Shown here: one piece after another, positions 26,913-36,051 of the stretch
Numbering within the stretch: position 1 is the first letter of the stretch
Layout: every line of letters begins with the position of its first letter
Source: an uncultured virus (IMG/VR IMGVR_UViG_3300042559_001930)
Taxonomy: Duplodnaviria; Heunggongvirae; Uroviricota; Caudoviricetes
Virus record (IMG/VR): IMGVR_UViG_3300042559_001930
DNA: 64,000 bases
Strand: one strand, 5' to 3'
Translations under genes and position numbers: made by a program
The notes under the pieces: generated by a model
Told to the model about the DNA's origin: nothing
The model's input: only the letters and a program-made list of their open reading frames with translations
Databases searched by the model: none

Positions 26913-27499
26913 TGTCAATTCCAGACATTAGAAAAAGTGTTGAAGACATTGAGCTGATCACCAACAAAGACTTGGTGCAGGCTGCTCACGCACTACTTGG
27001 AAACATTGATCTAGATGTTGCCAGTTCCAAGGTGGCAAACGAATATGTCAATGCTGATAAGTATTACACTCCACAGGATGATGCCATCAACTGTCAGGAC
27101 TGGTTCGGCAAGGTCTACTTATTTCCTCCAAGTGGCACCTACTTCTGGGACAAGAAAAATGATAGGTGGAAAAAAACAAGAGCTACGTCTCCCACTTTGA
27201 TTTCTTCTCATGCCCTCTGGTTCAAAAAACTGTACGGCAATTGGTTGAACGGAAGCATTGAACAAGGCTTGTACTTTACAAACTGCTTGGAAATGATCCG
27301 ATATGACCAAAGGATCTTTGACTTTCCTATGTGCATTTTAAAAACACCGCCAAGATTGTTCCGAAATTCAAGCACTGGTGTGACAGTCCACAAAACGTGC
27401 ACATCCTTCTTGGTGTACTTGCAACCAATGAATGATTCCGCTGCGGCCACCCAGAAATTTATTGACATTTACAGCGAAAAAGGACGAGTGCTTGCCTAA
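26912..27499 (+). CDS. DNA N6-adenine methyltransferase-like protein with an altered catalytic motif
   Basis: IDLDVASSKVAN...YYT..DDA...W.GKVYLFPP, where FPPS replaces NPPY. Confidence 0.6.
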   Translation: MSIPDIRKSVEDIELITNKDLVQAAHALLGNIDLDVASSKVANEYVNADKYYTPQDDAINCQDWFGKVYLFPPSGTYFWDKKNDRWKKTRATSPTLISSHALWFKKLYGNWLNGSIEQGLYFTNCLEMIRYDQRIFDFPMCILKTPPRLFRNSSTGVTVHKTCTSFLVYLQPMNDSAAATQKFIDIYSEKGRVLA

Positions 27500-27532
27500 G
27501 TTCGATATACTGATAAACGATTGAAACGACCC

Positions 27533-28120
27533 ATGAGCATTCTTTGCGACCGCGAAATCAAGCACCTGGCAGAAACGGAAGAAATGATTACGCCGTTCCA
27601 GGATCGCCTTGTCAGCGAAGAAGATGGGCGCCGTATCTTGAGCTATGGCCTTAGCTCATATGGTTACGACATCCGCTTGTCGCCCAAGCAATGCTTGATT
27701 TTTGGCCGCATTCAAAAGGGTGATTGCGATCCCAAAGCGTTTGATGAGACAATTCTTACTCCTGCCGAATTACTGGAGGACGAGAAAGGCCAGTACTTCC
27801 TGCTGCCTCCCTACGGTTACTGCCTTGGCGTGGCGCAAGAACGGCTTAAGCTGCCCAGGGATGTGACCGTTGTTGCGGTCGGTAAATCAACCTACGCACG
27901 GTCTGGGATCCTGGTCAACATCACCCCTGCGGAGTCTGGGTGGGAAGGTTACCTGACCTTAGAAATCAGCAACTGCACTGGGTTGTTTAATCGCGTTTAC
28001 GCAGATGAAGGCGTTACGCAACTGCTGTTCTATCGCGGCAACCCCTGCGATGTTACTTATCAAGACCGTAAGGGTAAGTATCAGAACCAACAAAAAGAAG
28101 TTGTGCTTCCTAAGGCTTAG
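27533..28120 (+). CDS. dcd: dCTP deaminase
   Basis: SYGLSSYGYDIRL, GKSTYARSG, TPAESGWEGYLTLE, Y.DRKGKYQNQ. Confidence 0.95.
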   Translation: MSILCDREIKHLAETEEMITPFQDRLVSEEDGRRILSYGLSSYGYDIRLSPKQCLIFGRIQKGDCDPKAFDETILTPAELLEDEKGQYFLLPPYGYCLGVAQERLKLPRDVTVVAVGKSTYARSGILVNITPAESGWEGYLTLEISNCTGLFNRVYADEGVTQLLFYRGNPCDVTYQDRKGKYQNQQKEVVLPKA

Positions 28121-28422
28121 ACAAAATATTTGCCGAATTGATCGGTAGGTTTGTCTGCATAATTAGTGCTCCCACCTCGGCCTATCCTGTCACCTCGATA
28201 GGCTGAAGTGAGTTCATTTATTTGGCTTGATTGTTGAAATTTACCGGCTGCTTTAGCTGCACGAAAATATTTTGCAATCCCAGGCTGTGCTGCGTTTGAA
28301 CGTTCAGCAACTTGACGTTCTTCTGGATCCAGGCGCCGAACGTCAATGTCATAACTGTGCTCAGGGTTAAGATCACTAAGCTCAGCACCAGAGCTGCCAG
28401 TGGTTACTCCACGTCGCTGCAT
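28117..28422 (-). CDS. Hypothetical protein
   Basis: ORF convergent with dcd; start uncertain. Confidence 0.55.
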   Translation of the reverse strand: MQRRGVTTGSSGAELSDLNPEHSYDIDVRRLDPEERQVAERSNAAQPGIAKYFRAAKAAGKFQQSSQINELTSAYRGDRIGRGGSTNYADKPTDQFGKYFV

Positions 28423-28487
28423 TTTAATATTTAGCCCACAATGTCCGTGATAATATTGTACTAGAGCCAACACAAAGGTTTTATATC

Positions 28488-28844
28488 ATGCATCAATACA
28501 TGGACTCCGATCCGTTTTGGGATCAAAACGTTTACGACGAAGTGATGTGTCGTTGCTTGTCTCTTGAGACATTTGGTGCACCTCTCGCCAATGAGGAAAA
28601 TGATGTACCATTGTATGACATGTACAACAGAGGATTAGTTGCATGTCAGGACGACAGGCCGAGGACAAATCTGGCAATCGAGGGCGGACGGCCCGGAACG
28701 ACGGGGCTGATCCCCTCAATGGAGGAAGCACTTTCCCGGTACCCGACCTCTTCTCCCAAGCCGAAAGCGTTGGTGCTGGAGCTGGAAGCAGTGCCCGAGA
28801 AGGAAAAAAATCTATCCCTGCGCCGCAAGGGACTGATGCGCTAA
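28488..28844 (+). CDS. Hypothetical protein
   Basis: 118-aa ORF; 3' half overlaps the DUF3310 ORF. Confidence 0.55.
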   Translation: MHQYMDSDPFWDQNVYDEVMCRCLSLETFGAPLANEENDVPLYDMYNRGLVACQDDRPRTNLAIEGGRPGTTGLIPSMEEALSRYPTSSPKPKALVLELEAVPEKEKNLSLRRKGLMR

Positions 28845-29176
28845 AGGACTGGAAAGATTTCTTCGCTCCAGTAGAAGAAAATACCGGTTGTAAAGATGGG
28901 GTTTGTCCTGTGCCATGGGCAAAACCCACTTTGCTGCAAGTGGAAGAACCGGTTGACTTGGTCAATCATCCCCCTCACTATGCCTCTGGTGCAATCGAAT
29001 GCATCGAAGCAATTGAAGCTCAGCTGACCCCAGAGGAGTACCGTGGCTACCTCAAGGGCAACTGTGTCAAGTATCAATGGCGTGAACGCCAAAAAGGCGG
29101 CGTAGAGTCACTGAAGAAAGCTCAGTGGTATCTAAACCGCCTTATTGAACTTGACGAATCAGCTCAGAAAGGCTGA
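28643..29176 (+). CDS. DUF3310 (SaV-like) protein
   Basis: VNHPPHY..GAIECIEAI...GYLKGNCVKYQWR..KGG.ESLKKAQWYL. Confidence 0.85.
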   Translation: MSGRQAEDKSGNRGRTARNDGADPLNGGSTFPVPDLFSQAESVGAGAGSSAREGKKSIPAPQGTDALKDWKDFFAPVEENTGCKDGVCPVPWAKPTLLQVEEPVDLVNHPPHYASGAIECIEAIEAQLTPEEYRGYLKGNCVKYQWRERQKGGVESLKKAQWYLNRLIELDESAQKG

Positions 29177-29472
29177 AAATATTCGTCTTCATCATCTTCT
29201 TCGTCGTCGTCTGCAATGCAGGCGGCGGCAAGTTGTGCTAACTCGATATCGGTTGGATGTCCAAAGTCAATATCAATGTTTTCATCCGCCAAGATTTCCT
29301 TGACTGCTTGCCATTCCATTAACCGTTGATGGTAAAGATTCAGAAGGGCTGAGTACAACTCATCCCAGGTCATCTCTTCGGCCTGTAATTCGGCCTTACG
29401 CATGGCAAATTGAAGTTCCAATGGAAGCTCAAAATGCTGTGGTTCTACCGAACGTGCCATTGATTCCTTCAT
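29164..29472 (-). CDS. nblA: NblA-like phycobilisome degradation adaptor with an acidic tail
   Basis: ELPLELQFAMRKAELQAEEMTWDELYSALLNLYHQRLMEWQAVKEIL fits the NblA pattern LxLEQxFxxR...QxxxMSxEQ...LxxLYxQ. Confidence 0.75.
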   Translation of the reverse strand: MKESMARSVEPQHFELPLELQFAMRKAELQAEEMTWDELYSALLNLYHQRLMEWQAVKEILADENIDIDFGHPTDIELAQLAAACIADDDEEDDEDEYFQPF

Positions 29473-29496
29473 TGGGTCAATAAAAGTATTCTAAGT

Positions 29497-30156
29497 CTAC
29501 ACATTAAAGATAGCGTCTACCTCTTCATGGGTGGCTTCGCTCCAGGGATTTTGACTAAGCTTAAAATTATTAGCAAACTGAGCAAGGTCGTAGGGACTTG
29601 TGCTTTCTTCCAATTTTCTGATTGCCTTGACTTCGTGGGGCGCAGCAGTGTAGGTACGGAAAGCAGCTAACAAAAGATCAGTAGCCTCGCGGGGAACAGT
29701 TTTAATATCTTTAAGAAACAGATCCACTTCCTCCCGACGGCGCTCTACCATCCCGCCAACAACATTATGGTAGTAGTCATAGATCCACTGATTTATTTCT
29801 TTGACCGCACCAGGCCAGTCTTCAATTTCAACGAGGTCTGGAATTGCACTGTAAAGAAAAGACTCCCAGCCAACCGAATGAATAAACGAAAGCAATGCCT
29901 GTCGCATGTAAGTATCTAAACCAAGATTTAACTTTTCCAGGTTTTGATCAATTACCGCAAGCTCATGGTACAGATATTCCATAGCTTTGTGTTTTGTGCA
30001 GTACTGTCCACGTTTTACCGGTTCTCCGTCTGGGTAAAACTGTGTACCAAAACCAATTGTGTAAGGCTCTGTTTCGGTTACGGGATCTGCATAAGCCTTT
30101 TCATTAAACCCCTCATGCTTGCAAATGAGGCGTACTGCTTCACTAAAATCTGACAT
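29497..30156 (-). CDS. GH24 phage lysozyme with a C-terminal helical domain
   Basis: HEGF...AYADP...TIGFG, W, GMVERRREE. Confidence 0.85.
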   Translation of the reverse strand: MSDFSEAVRLICKHEGFNEKAYADPVTETEPYTIGFGTQFYPDGEPVKRGQYCTKHKAMEYLYHELAVIDQNLEKLNLGLDTYMRQALLSFIHSVGWESFLYSAIPDLVEIEDWPGAVKEINQWIYDYYHNVVGGMVERRREEVDLFLKDIKTVPREATDLLLAAFRTYTAAPHEVKAIRKLEESTSPYDLAQFANNFKLSQNPWSEATHEEVDAIFNV

Positions 30157-30199
30157 GGGAGCAACTATCGTTACTCCCAATCATACACACTAATTTAGA

Positions 30200-30325
30200 T
30201 TACTTGCCCTGACCCCTGCTCAACTTGCGTCCATGGCTGGGCTTGGAGTGCTTGCCATCGCCTTGACGGGTGAGCTTGGGCTTGGCTTCAATTTTTACCA
30301 AAGAGGTTGACTTGGGTTTTGCCAT
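30200..30325 (-). CDS. Small basic peptide ending RGQGK (41 aa, not in ORF track)
   Basis: MAKPKS...TRQGDGKHSK...RGQGK, a type common in cyanophages. Confidence 0.65.
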   Translation of the reverse strand: MAKPKSTSLVKIEAKPKLTRQGDGKHSKPSHGRKLSRGQGK

Positions 30326-30361
30326 GGCGTTGAGGTAACAACGTCAGCAGCCTAGCTCAAA

Positions 30362-30634
30362 TTACCAGGCTTTGCACGACCAGTAGCCAGCCGTTAATTT
30401 GCTCTTGGGCTCGTCGCAGTTGTGTCTTGCGCGAAAGTTCTTGCGGCGCTCTGGGTTGTCTCGTTTAATTTCCATGTTGGCGTCACCAAAGCGCACAATT
30501 TTTTCTTGGCCACCTTCACATGCTTTCACAACAGATTTCTTACCGCCTTGCACGTCGTGTCGGGGCTTGTTGCATTCCATGGAATCTTTGTGTATTTTTG
30601 CTGCAGAAGCAGCTTTACGTGCTTTATCGGACAT
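30362..30634 (-). CDS. Small basic phage protein
   Basis: KIVRFGD...RRKNFRARHNC...AGYWSCKAW. Confidence 0.75.
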   Translation of the reverse strand: MSDKARKAASAAKIHKDSMECNKPRHDVQGGKKSVVKACEGGQEKIVRFGDANMEIKRDNPERRKNFRARHNCDEPKSKLTAGYWSCKAW

Positions 30635-33600
30635 CAGCTAAATCCTTTAAACATTGACGTAAATTCACCAAGGATAGATTGAGCGCTTTTTGATTGAGTT
30701 AAAAACTCGTCTTCATCCCCACTAAACATATTAAAATAAGAAGATTTTGCATTGCTAGTCGATGAACTTTTTGCAGTTGGTTCATCTGGCTCGTCCATTA
30801 AACCTGCAATACTATTAAAGGCACTAAGAGGATCAGAAAGATTTAAAGACGTAAACAAGTTTCCTCCCGACATAGCCTTGCCAAGTAATGCTTGATCCTC
30901 TCTGTCTACATCGGGCATAAAGTTTGTATAAAAATCATCCTCTGTCCCCTTGTAACCAGCAGATTGAAAAATTTGGTACAGCTGAGTTTCGGGTTCTGCA
31001 TTGGCTTCTTTTACGTCATCTTCTCTTTCAATGTAAGTCGCACCAAGGGTCTGTTGATCCAAGGCTTGTTTTTGTTCGTTTAAGTACTTAATGGCTTCTC
31101 GGATTTTAAGTGCTTCTTCTGTTCTAAAAGAATCAATTAAATATTGTTTTACGTTGTCAACAGTAGCCTGTTCTCCCTCAAGCCCAAGTTGCTTAACAAT
31201 CTTTTCCCATTCTTCTTTGTTTTCTTCTGGACTAATAGATCCCAAGACAGAATCTGCAAATTCTTCTGGCGTAACAAATTGCATAAAAGCAGTGTCTCCA
31301 TACAAATCTTGACGTATAACAAGTTCTTTTGTGATTTCTGAAATTTTATTTTGCAGCTCATTGTAATTAAGAATATTTTCCGCTGGGTCTAGAACAATTG
31401 ATTTTCCTTCGGCATCTTTAAGCTGCCCAGTTGAACCAAGGACTTGATAATGTAACTTAGCAAACGCTTTTGCATCTGTTTTGTAGTTACCTTCGTAACC
31501 ATAGCGATAAGCTTCTGTCGCCCAATTTACTCCATTAGAACTGGTTCCTTTTTTGGCAGCTTCAAAATCTGAATCAACAATATCTTTTTGTTTTTCATAA
31601 ACTAATTTTTGCTCTACCGTCAAATCTTTTGTAGATTTACCTACAGGATCCAAATAAAAATCAACGTCAAAACTTTTTTTAGCAGCTTCAGCTGCCTTAT
31701 AAAAACTAAGCAATGCATTACTCCTAAGCTCTGCAACTTGCTTTAATTTATTAATAACAGATTGCGATTGAAAAATATTTTGCTCTTCTTCTTTTACGTC
31801 TAAGTAACTAATAAACTCATCCATGGATTTTGATTGATCAAAACGAGGCTTAAGGTAGCCATTGATAAAACTGGTTACAAATTGTTTTTGCGAATCTTGA
31901 TCAGTTTTCGACAACAATTCTTTAAATTGATCCACATTGTTTATGTCTAAATTGTATTTTTCAGCTTGTTCAATAAGCAAAGGCTTTGTTGCACTGGGAT
32001 CACTTTTGACTTTTTCGTTGTATTCTTCCAGGTCTTTTTTAGCTTGATCTTGGAACTGTTGAATTTCTTCTGGGGTACGCTTGGCCATTTCTAACTCAAA
32101 TTCTTCATACCGTTTGGTCAACGTATCGTCAAACCATTTTTGCCAGTTGTAAATTGTTGAATTAGAGGAGGTGCCAGTAAGGTTTTTAATATCTTGCTCA
32201 AGCCCTTTTTGCATTGTTCTATTAGGATCAATGAAACCAAGCATGCCACCAAAAGAGGCGTCACCTAAAAGTGAATTAGAAAGAGTAGTATGCATGTTTG
32301 CAATTTCGCTATATCCAGGTAGATTGTTTAGCGTCATTAAATCGGCTTCTTTTTGTTTGGCTTTTTTAAGCTCTTTAATCGACTCTTGCAAAACATCTTG
32401 AGCAAGCAATTGAAGTTTCTTTTCTTGCTTAGCTGTTTCTGAGCCAAACAACTGTCCTAGTGCCTGCTCAAATCCAGTATTTATATCTGGTGCATTTATT
32501 AACTTTCCTTCTTCGTCATACTCAGGCATATCAAGGTCAATGACCTCTTTCCCATCTTGCGTGGTAATACCTAAAACTTGATCTCTATATATTTGTTTTT
32601 CGTAATCAGTAAGTGTTTCGGAATAACTAGATACTTGTTGGGATTCCAACGCCTCGTTTCCACGGTATCCAGCGTGCCTGCCTACGTTTGTGTAATGCTG
32701 CAAAAGATAAGTGTTTTGATCGTAACGAGCAGTAATATCTAAGTTTTTAAAAACACGCCCGTTAACATTCACTGCTTGTGCAGCATTCCATTCGCTTAAT
32801 GCGCCTGGGTATTGTGTTTGATAATAAGTCGCATTAAATCCACCAGTAGGAGGCTGAACACCCTGGGAAACCGCGTCCCAAGGAGTCACTTTTTCATTTA
32901 AATAAAAAGTATCAAAAGAACCTTTTGCTGCATTAAATACAGTTGAGATTTCTGCGTCAGTCAATCCGGCACTTCGCAAAGTGCTATCATCTAAAGCTTT
33001 TAGTTTGTTTATATAGTCTCCACCTTGAGTAGTAGACGCTAATGAAATAAGCGAAGAGCTAAAATTATTAATGGCTGTATTTTTGTTTTTTGTTAATTGA
33101 TTTTGAGCATTTAACTGTGCCGCTGCATTGTTGCGATTTGTAAGTTGTGTCGCATTGTACTGAGTTGCTGCAGTTGTGCGATTTGTGATATCTTGAGCAT
33201 TTGCCGAAGCATTGTTGTTGTTTGTAGTGTTGTTAGTATCTAATTGATCTCTTGCAGCTTTTAATGCTTGTTTGCGATTGTCATTATCACCATTTGGAAA
33301 TTCAAAATTATAATCACCTATTTCCTTGCCCGCCCTTAATTCATATTTTTTCCAGTTTTCACCAGGATCCGTGTCTTGAATTTTTATTTCATCGACTTTA
33401 CCGTTATCTTTAAACTTGACAAAGAACTTCTGCGTGGTTGCTAAGTTGGTTGGTCTGTCTGCCGGATAGGTAGACGCAAAATCAGCTGCTGTTTTATCTG
33501 GGTACTGAGATACAAAAGCTTCGGCAGTGTAGTCTGTTTTTTGATTTGTGTCGTAAGAAAAAGGCGTCCAGGTTTTTGTGGTTGTGTTATAAGTTGCCAT
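30634..33600 (-). CDS. Large (988 aa) putative virion protein
   Basis: Long ORF in the late module; two F(N/D)xxxY...HY..(V/L)G motifs; coiled-coil stretches. Confidence 0.7.
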   Translation of the reverse strand: MATYNTTTKTWTPFSYDTNQKTDYTAEAFVSQYPDKTAADFASTYPADRPTNLATTQKFFVKFKDNGKVDEIKIQDTDPGENWKKYELRAGKEIGDYNFEFPNGDNDNRKQALKAARDQLDTNNTTNNNNASANAQDITNRTTAATQYNATQLTNRNNAAAQLNAQNQLTKNKNTAINNFSSSLISLASTTQGGDYINKLKALDDSTLRSAGLTDAEISTVFNAAKGSFDTFYLNEKVTPWDAVSQGVQPPTGGFNATYYQTQYPGALSEWNAAQAVNVNGRVFKNLDITARYDQNTYLLQHYTNVGRHAGYRGNEALESQQVSSYSETLTDYEKQIYRDQVLGITTQDGKEVIDLDMPEYDEEGKLINAPDINTGFEQALGQLFGSETAKQEKKLQLLAQDVLQESIKELKKAKQKEADLMTLNNLPGYSEIANMHTTLSNSLLGDASFGGMLGFIDPNRTMQKGLEQDIKNLTGTSSNSTIYNWQKWFDDTLTKRYEEFELEMAKRTPEEIQQFQDQAKKDLEEYNEKVKSDPSATKPLLIEQAEKYNLDINNVDQFKELLSKTDQDSQKQFVTSFINGYLKPRFDQSKSMDEFISYLDVKEEEQNIFQSQSVINKLKQVAELRSNALLSFYKAAEAAKKSFDVDFYLDPVGKSTKDLTVEQKLVYEKQKDIVDSDFEAAKKGTSSNGVNWATEAYRYGYEGNYKTDAKAFAKLHYQVLGSTGQLKDAEGKSIVLDPAENILNYNELQNKISEITKELVIRQDLYGDTAFMQFVTPEEFADSVLGSISPEENKEEWEKIVKQLGLEGEQATVDNVKQYLIDSFRTEEALKIREAIKYLNEQKQALDQQTLGATYIEREDDVKEANAEPETQLYQIFQSAGYKGTEDDFYTNFMPDVDREDQALLGKAMSGGNLFTSLNLSDPLSAFNSIAGLMDEPDEPTAKSSSTSNAKSSYFNMFSGDEDEFLTQSKSAQSILGEFTSMFKGFS

Positions 33601-33603
33601 TGG

Positions 33604-33972
33604 TTACGCAGCAAAATTTTTATCGTCAAGCCTGGGCTTCCAGGGTAGTAATTCTAGTGTATCTTGCTGCATCCAGTTGGTAATTTTTTCAAGTTTTAAG
33701 GCATCAAAAAAAGACTGCTTTAAATACCATTCTTGCATTTTTTCACTGGCTTTGTTGGTGTTACACCGCCTGCAAGCAGGCAAAAGATTATAGCGATTAG
33801 AAGATCCAGATTTAAACCGGGGCACTATATGATCTAAGCTTGTTGCCGGCTCTCCACAGTAACCACAGCAATGGTTCCAGGATTTATAAATTTCATCTCG
33901 AAAACGTTTCTTGGCAAGTTTTGGCGTTAATTCAACTAGCAAAGCAAGGGGCTCGTGCTCGTTGCAAAACAT
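33604..33972 (-). CDS. HNH endonuclease
   Basis: CGYC...LDHIVP...GS...NLLPACRRCNTNK. Confidence 0.9.
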   Translation of the reverse strand: MFCNEHEPLALLVELTPKLAKKRFRDEIYKSWNHCCGYCGEPATSLDHIVPRFKSGSSNRYNLLPACRRCNTNKASEKMQEWYLKQSFFDALKLEKITNWMQQDTLELLPWKPRLDDKNFAA

Positions 33973-34083
33973 GTATTTAATTGCCGTTATCTTATTTTAA
34001 TTTCACCTATCTGTTAAGCCAAAAATAAAGAGATAAAATTTTTATTAAACTGGTTGACACGGGCTTGACACCAGCTACTGTGG

Positions 34084-34326
34084 ATGAGTAAACGCCCTGT
34101 TCAAGTCATGGCAAAAAACCAAGGATGGGTCTCCGTCCAGCGTGCGGAAGAACTCCTCGGTATCGACCGCAAGACGCTCTTCAAGTACCGCGACAATGGC
34201 ACCCTAAAGCTCGGTCCGCATTTCGCGGCTTTTGCCTGCACTCGTTCACGGGATGGCTACCTATGGAACGTTAACGCAGTACGCAAGCATCTTGCCAAAC
34301 AAGAAAAGCTCGCTATTGCTTCTTGA
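34084..34326 (+). CDS. Small HTH DNA-binding protein
   Basis: WVSVQRAEELLGIDRKTLFKYR. Confidence 0.75.
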   Translation: MSKRPVQVMAKNQGWVSVQRAEELLGIDRKTLFKYRDNGTLKLGPHFAAFACTRSRDGYLWNVNAVRKHLAKQEKLAIAS

Positions 34327-34344
34327 TCTCCTGAAGAGGTAAGC

Positions 34345-34375
34345 AACGGCTCCGGTAATACGGAGTCGTTTTTTT
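34345..34375 (+). terminator. Intrinsic terminator
   Basis: AACGGCTCCG-GTAATA-CGGAGTCGTT then a T run. Confidence 0.75.
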
Positions 34376-34595
34376 ATGCAGGTTCAATACCACTTGCGTA
34401 TGCAGCCCAAGCCAAGCCTACTGCTTCCATTGTCGACAATTCATCAACTGTGTAAGGAAGATTGACTACATCACCTGGAGAATAAACAATAGGGTTGCCG
34501 CTGTAATACACAGTGCTGTTGCCAAAGGCACTGGTATCTAATTGGTTTTCAGACAACACATATTTAGTTTCAATTACATCTCCAAAATCAGCCAC
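34374..34595 (-). CDS. Small hypothetical virion protein
   Basis: GTG start overlapping the upstream stop. Confidence 0.55.
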   Translation of the reverse strand: MADFGDVIETKYVLSENQLDTSAFGNSTVYYSGNPIVYSPGDVVNLPYTVDELSTMEAVGLAWAAYASGIEPA

Positions 34596-36048
34596 TTGTA
34601 AATGCTCCGTCTTTGCGCTGTATTTCAAAATTAGCACGCTTGATAAAACTAGCCGGTACGTTCAAAAGTTTTTGCATCATTGGAAGCATTTGAGGAGACT
34701 GAAAATTACTGGGAGGAAGGTCCATGTACTTAAGGCCATTTATAGAATCCATGTACTCAGAATGTTTCTTCATTACGCTTGACTCATTGACAAGCTTTTG
34801 TTCCCACCTAACCATGCCTTCGTCCATATCAATAGGTACATCGGATGGCTCAGGGAGAATGATTCCTTCTTGAAAACGTAATGCGTAAATATGTTTGCAA
34901 TATCGCATCTCGTCTAACAATGGAGTCCAGTAGTCATCAAAGCTAACGATCTGATTATCTACGGCCTTGTAGTCAACAAATGTACCAGGGCCTTCTGCTG
35001 CACCTACGCTTGGCACATTTCGCAAATATCGTCCGCCAAAATCCCTGAATAAACCAGGATTGTCTACGGATTCAAATGTAAGCTCTAAACGCCTGTTGAC
35101 ATTTATATCGGTATCTGCGTTGTTGTTTATGTTTCCATTTGCATCTGTAATTAACTCATGACGCCCATACTTCAAGGAGGATGGCCTTGTGTAAGGAAAT
35201 CTCTTTGTGGAGCTGCCCAACATGTCACGGAAATAAGCATAACTGCGACGGCTGAAATCCTGGCAAGTACATGCGTATCTAGTGCCAAGTGTCAGGAACC
35301 TGCCGATGGCAGGAGGACGACTTGCTGGAGTAATAAATACGCCATCAGGAGTTGACTCAAAAGATCCTGCTTTTTTTAGCGTAAGAACACCAGACGTACC
35401 ATTCACATCTAGCAGCAATGCTTGAACGTAGCCATATTTTTTATTTGTAGCCAAGTTTAACGTATCACTTGTCAAAGGCGTCCCACCAGCCTCTAGAAGG
35501 CGGTCTTCAATGATCTCGCCGTTCAGAGGTTTGAGTGCCGCATTACTGCCCACAGGAGGCACGTAGAGAGGGGCTGGGAGAGGGTTGCTGACATTCCAGG
35601 TGCCGGCAAGCTGTACGTACCAGTTATCTGCGTCTTCAGTAATAGAAGCAACGCTTGCCCTGGTACCAGTGGAATCAAATACGTTATCAAAACGCAGAAG
35701 TGCACCAACGCGACAACCGGTCCAATGAATACCAAATTCTCTATTCGACGTTGGAAACCCTTGTACAACACCTACGATCAAGGGCTGATTACCAGGGTGC
35801 ACTTCCGTACCTGGTGGTGTTGGCATTGTGTAACGGAACGGGAACGTCAAACCCCGTTGAATGCCTACTGTTACAGCAAGTTCATATCCACGTCGCCATC
35901 TTGCCCAGGCAGATTCCCTATCCATTGCAACAATGGAGTTGGGTACTGCACCACGAGAAAATTCCGTGGTTATGGGCTTAATAGCGGCTGGTTTAAATTC
36001 AATCCTTTGACTAAAGTTGCCAAAGAGATCACCCTGCTTGGGCGACAT
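34588..36048 (-). CDS. Protein with a split SWIM-like Zn finger
   Basis: YACTCQDF ... YCKHIYA. Confidence 0.65.
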   Translation of the reverse strand: MSPKQGDLFGNFSQRIEFKPAAIKPITTEFSRGAVPNSIVAMDRESAWARWRRGYELAVTVGIQRGLTFPFRYTMPTPPGTEVHPGNQPLIVGVVQGFPTSNREFGIHWTGCRVGALLRFDNVFDSTGTRASVASITEDADNWYVQLAGTWNVSNPLPAPLYVPPVGSNAALKPLNGEIIEDRLLEAGGTPLTSDTLNLATNKKYGYVQALLLDVNGTSGVLTLKKAGSFESTPDGVFITPASRPPAIGRFLTLGTRYACTCQDFSRRSYAYFRDMLGSSTKRFPYTRPSSLKYGRHELITDANGNINNNADTDINVNRRLELTFESVDNPGLFRDFGGRYLRNVPSVGAAEGPGTFVDYKAVDNQIVSFDDYWTPLLDEMRYCKHIYALRFQEGIILPEPSDVPIDMDEGMVRWEQKLVNESSVMKKHSEYMDSINGLKYMDLPPSNFQSPQMLPMMQKLLNVPASFIKRANFEIQRKDGAFTSG

Positions 36049-36051
36049 GGT

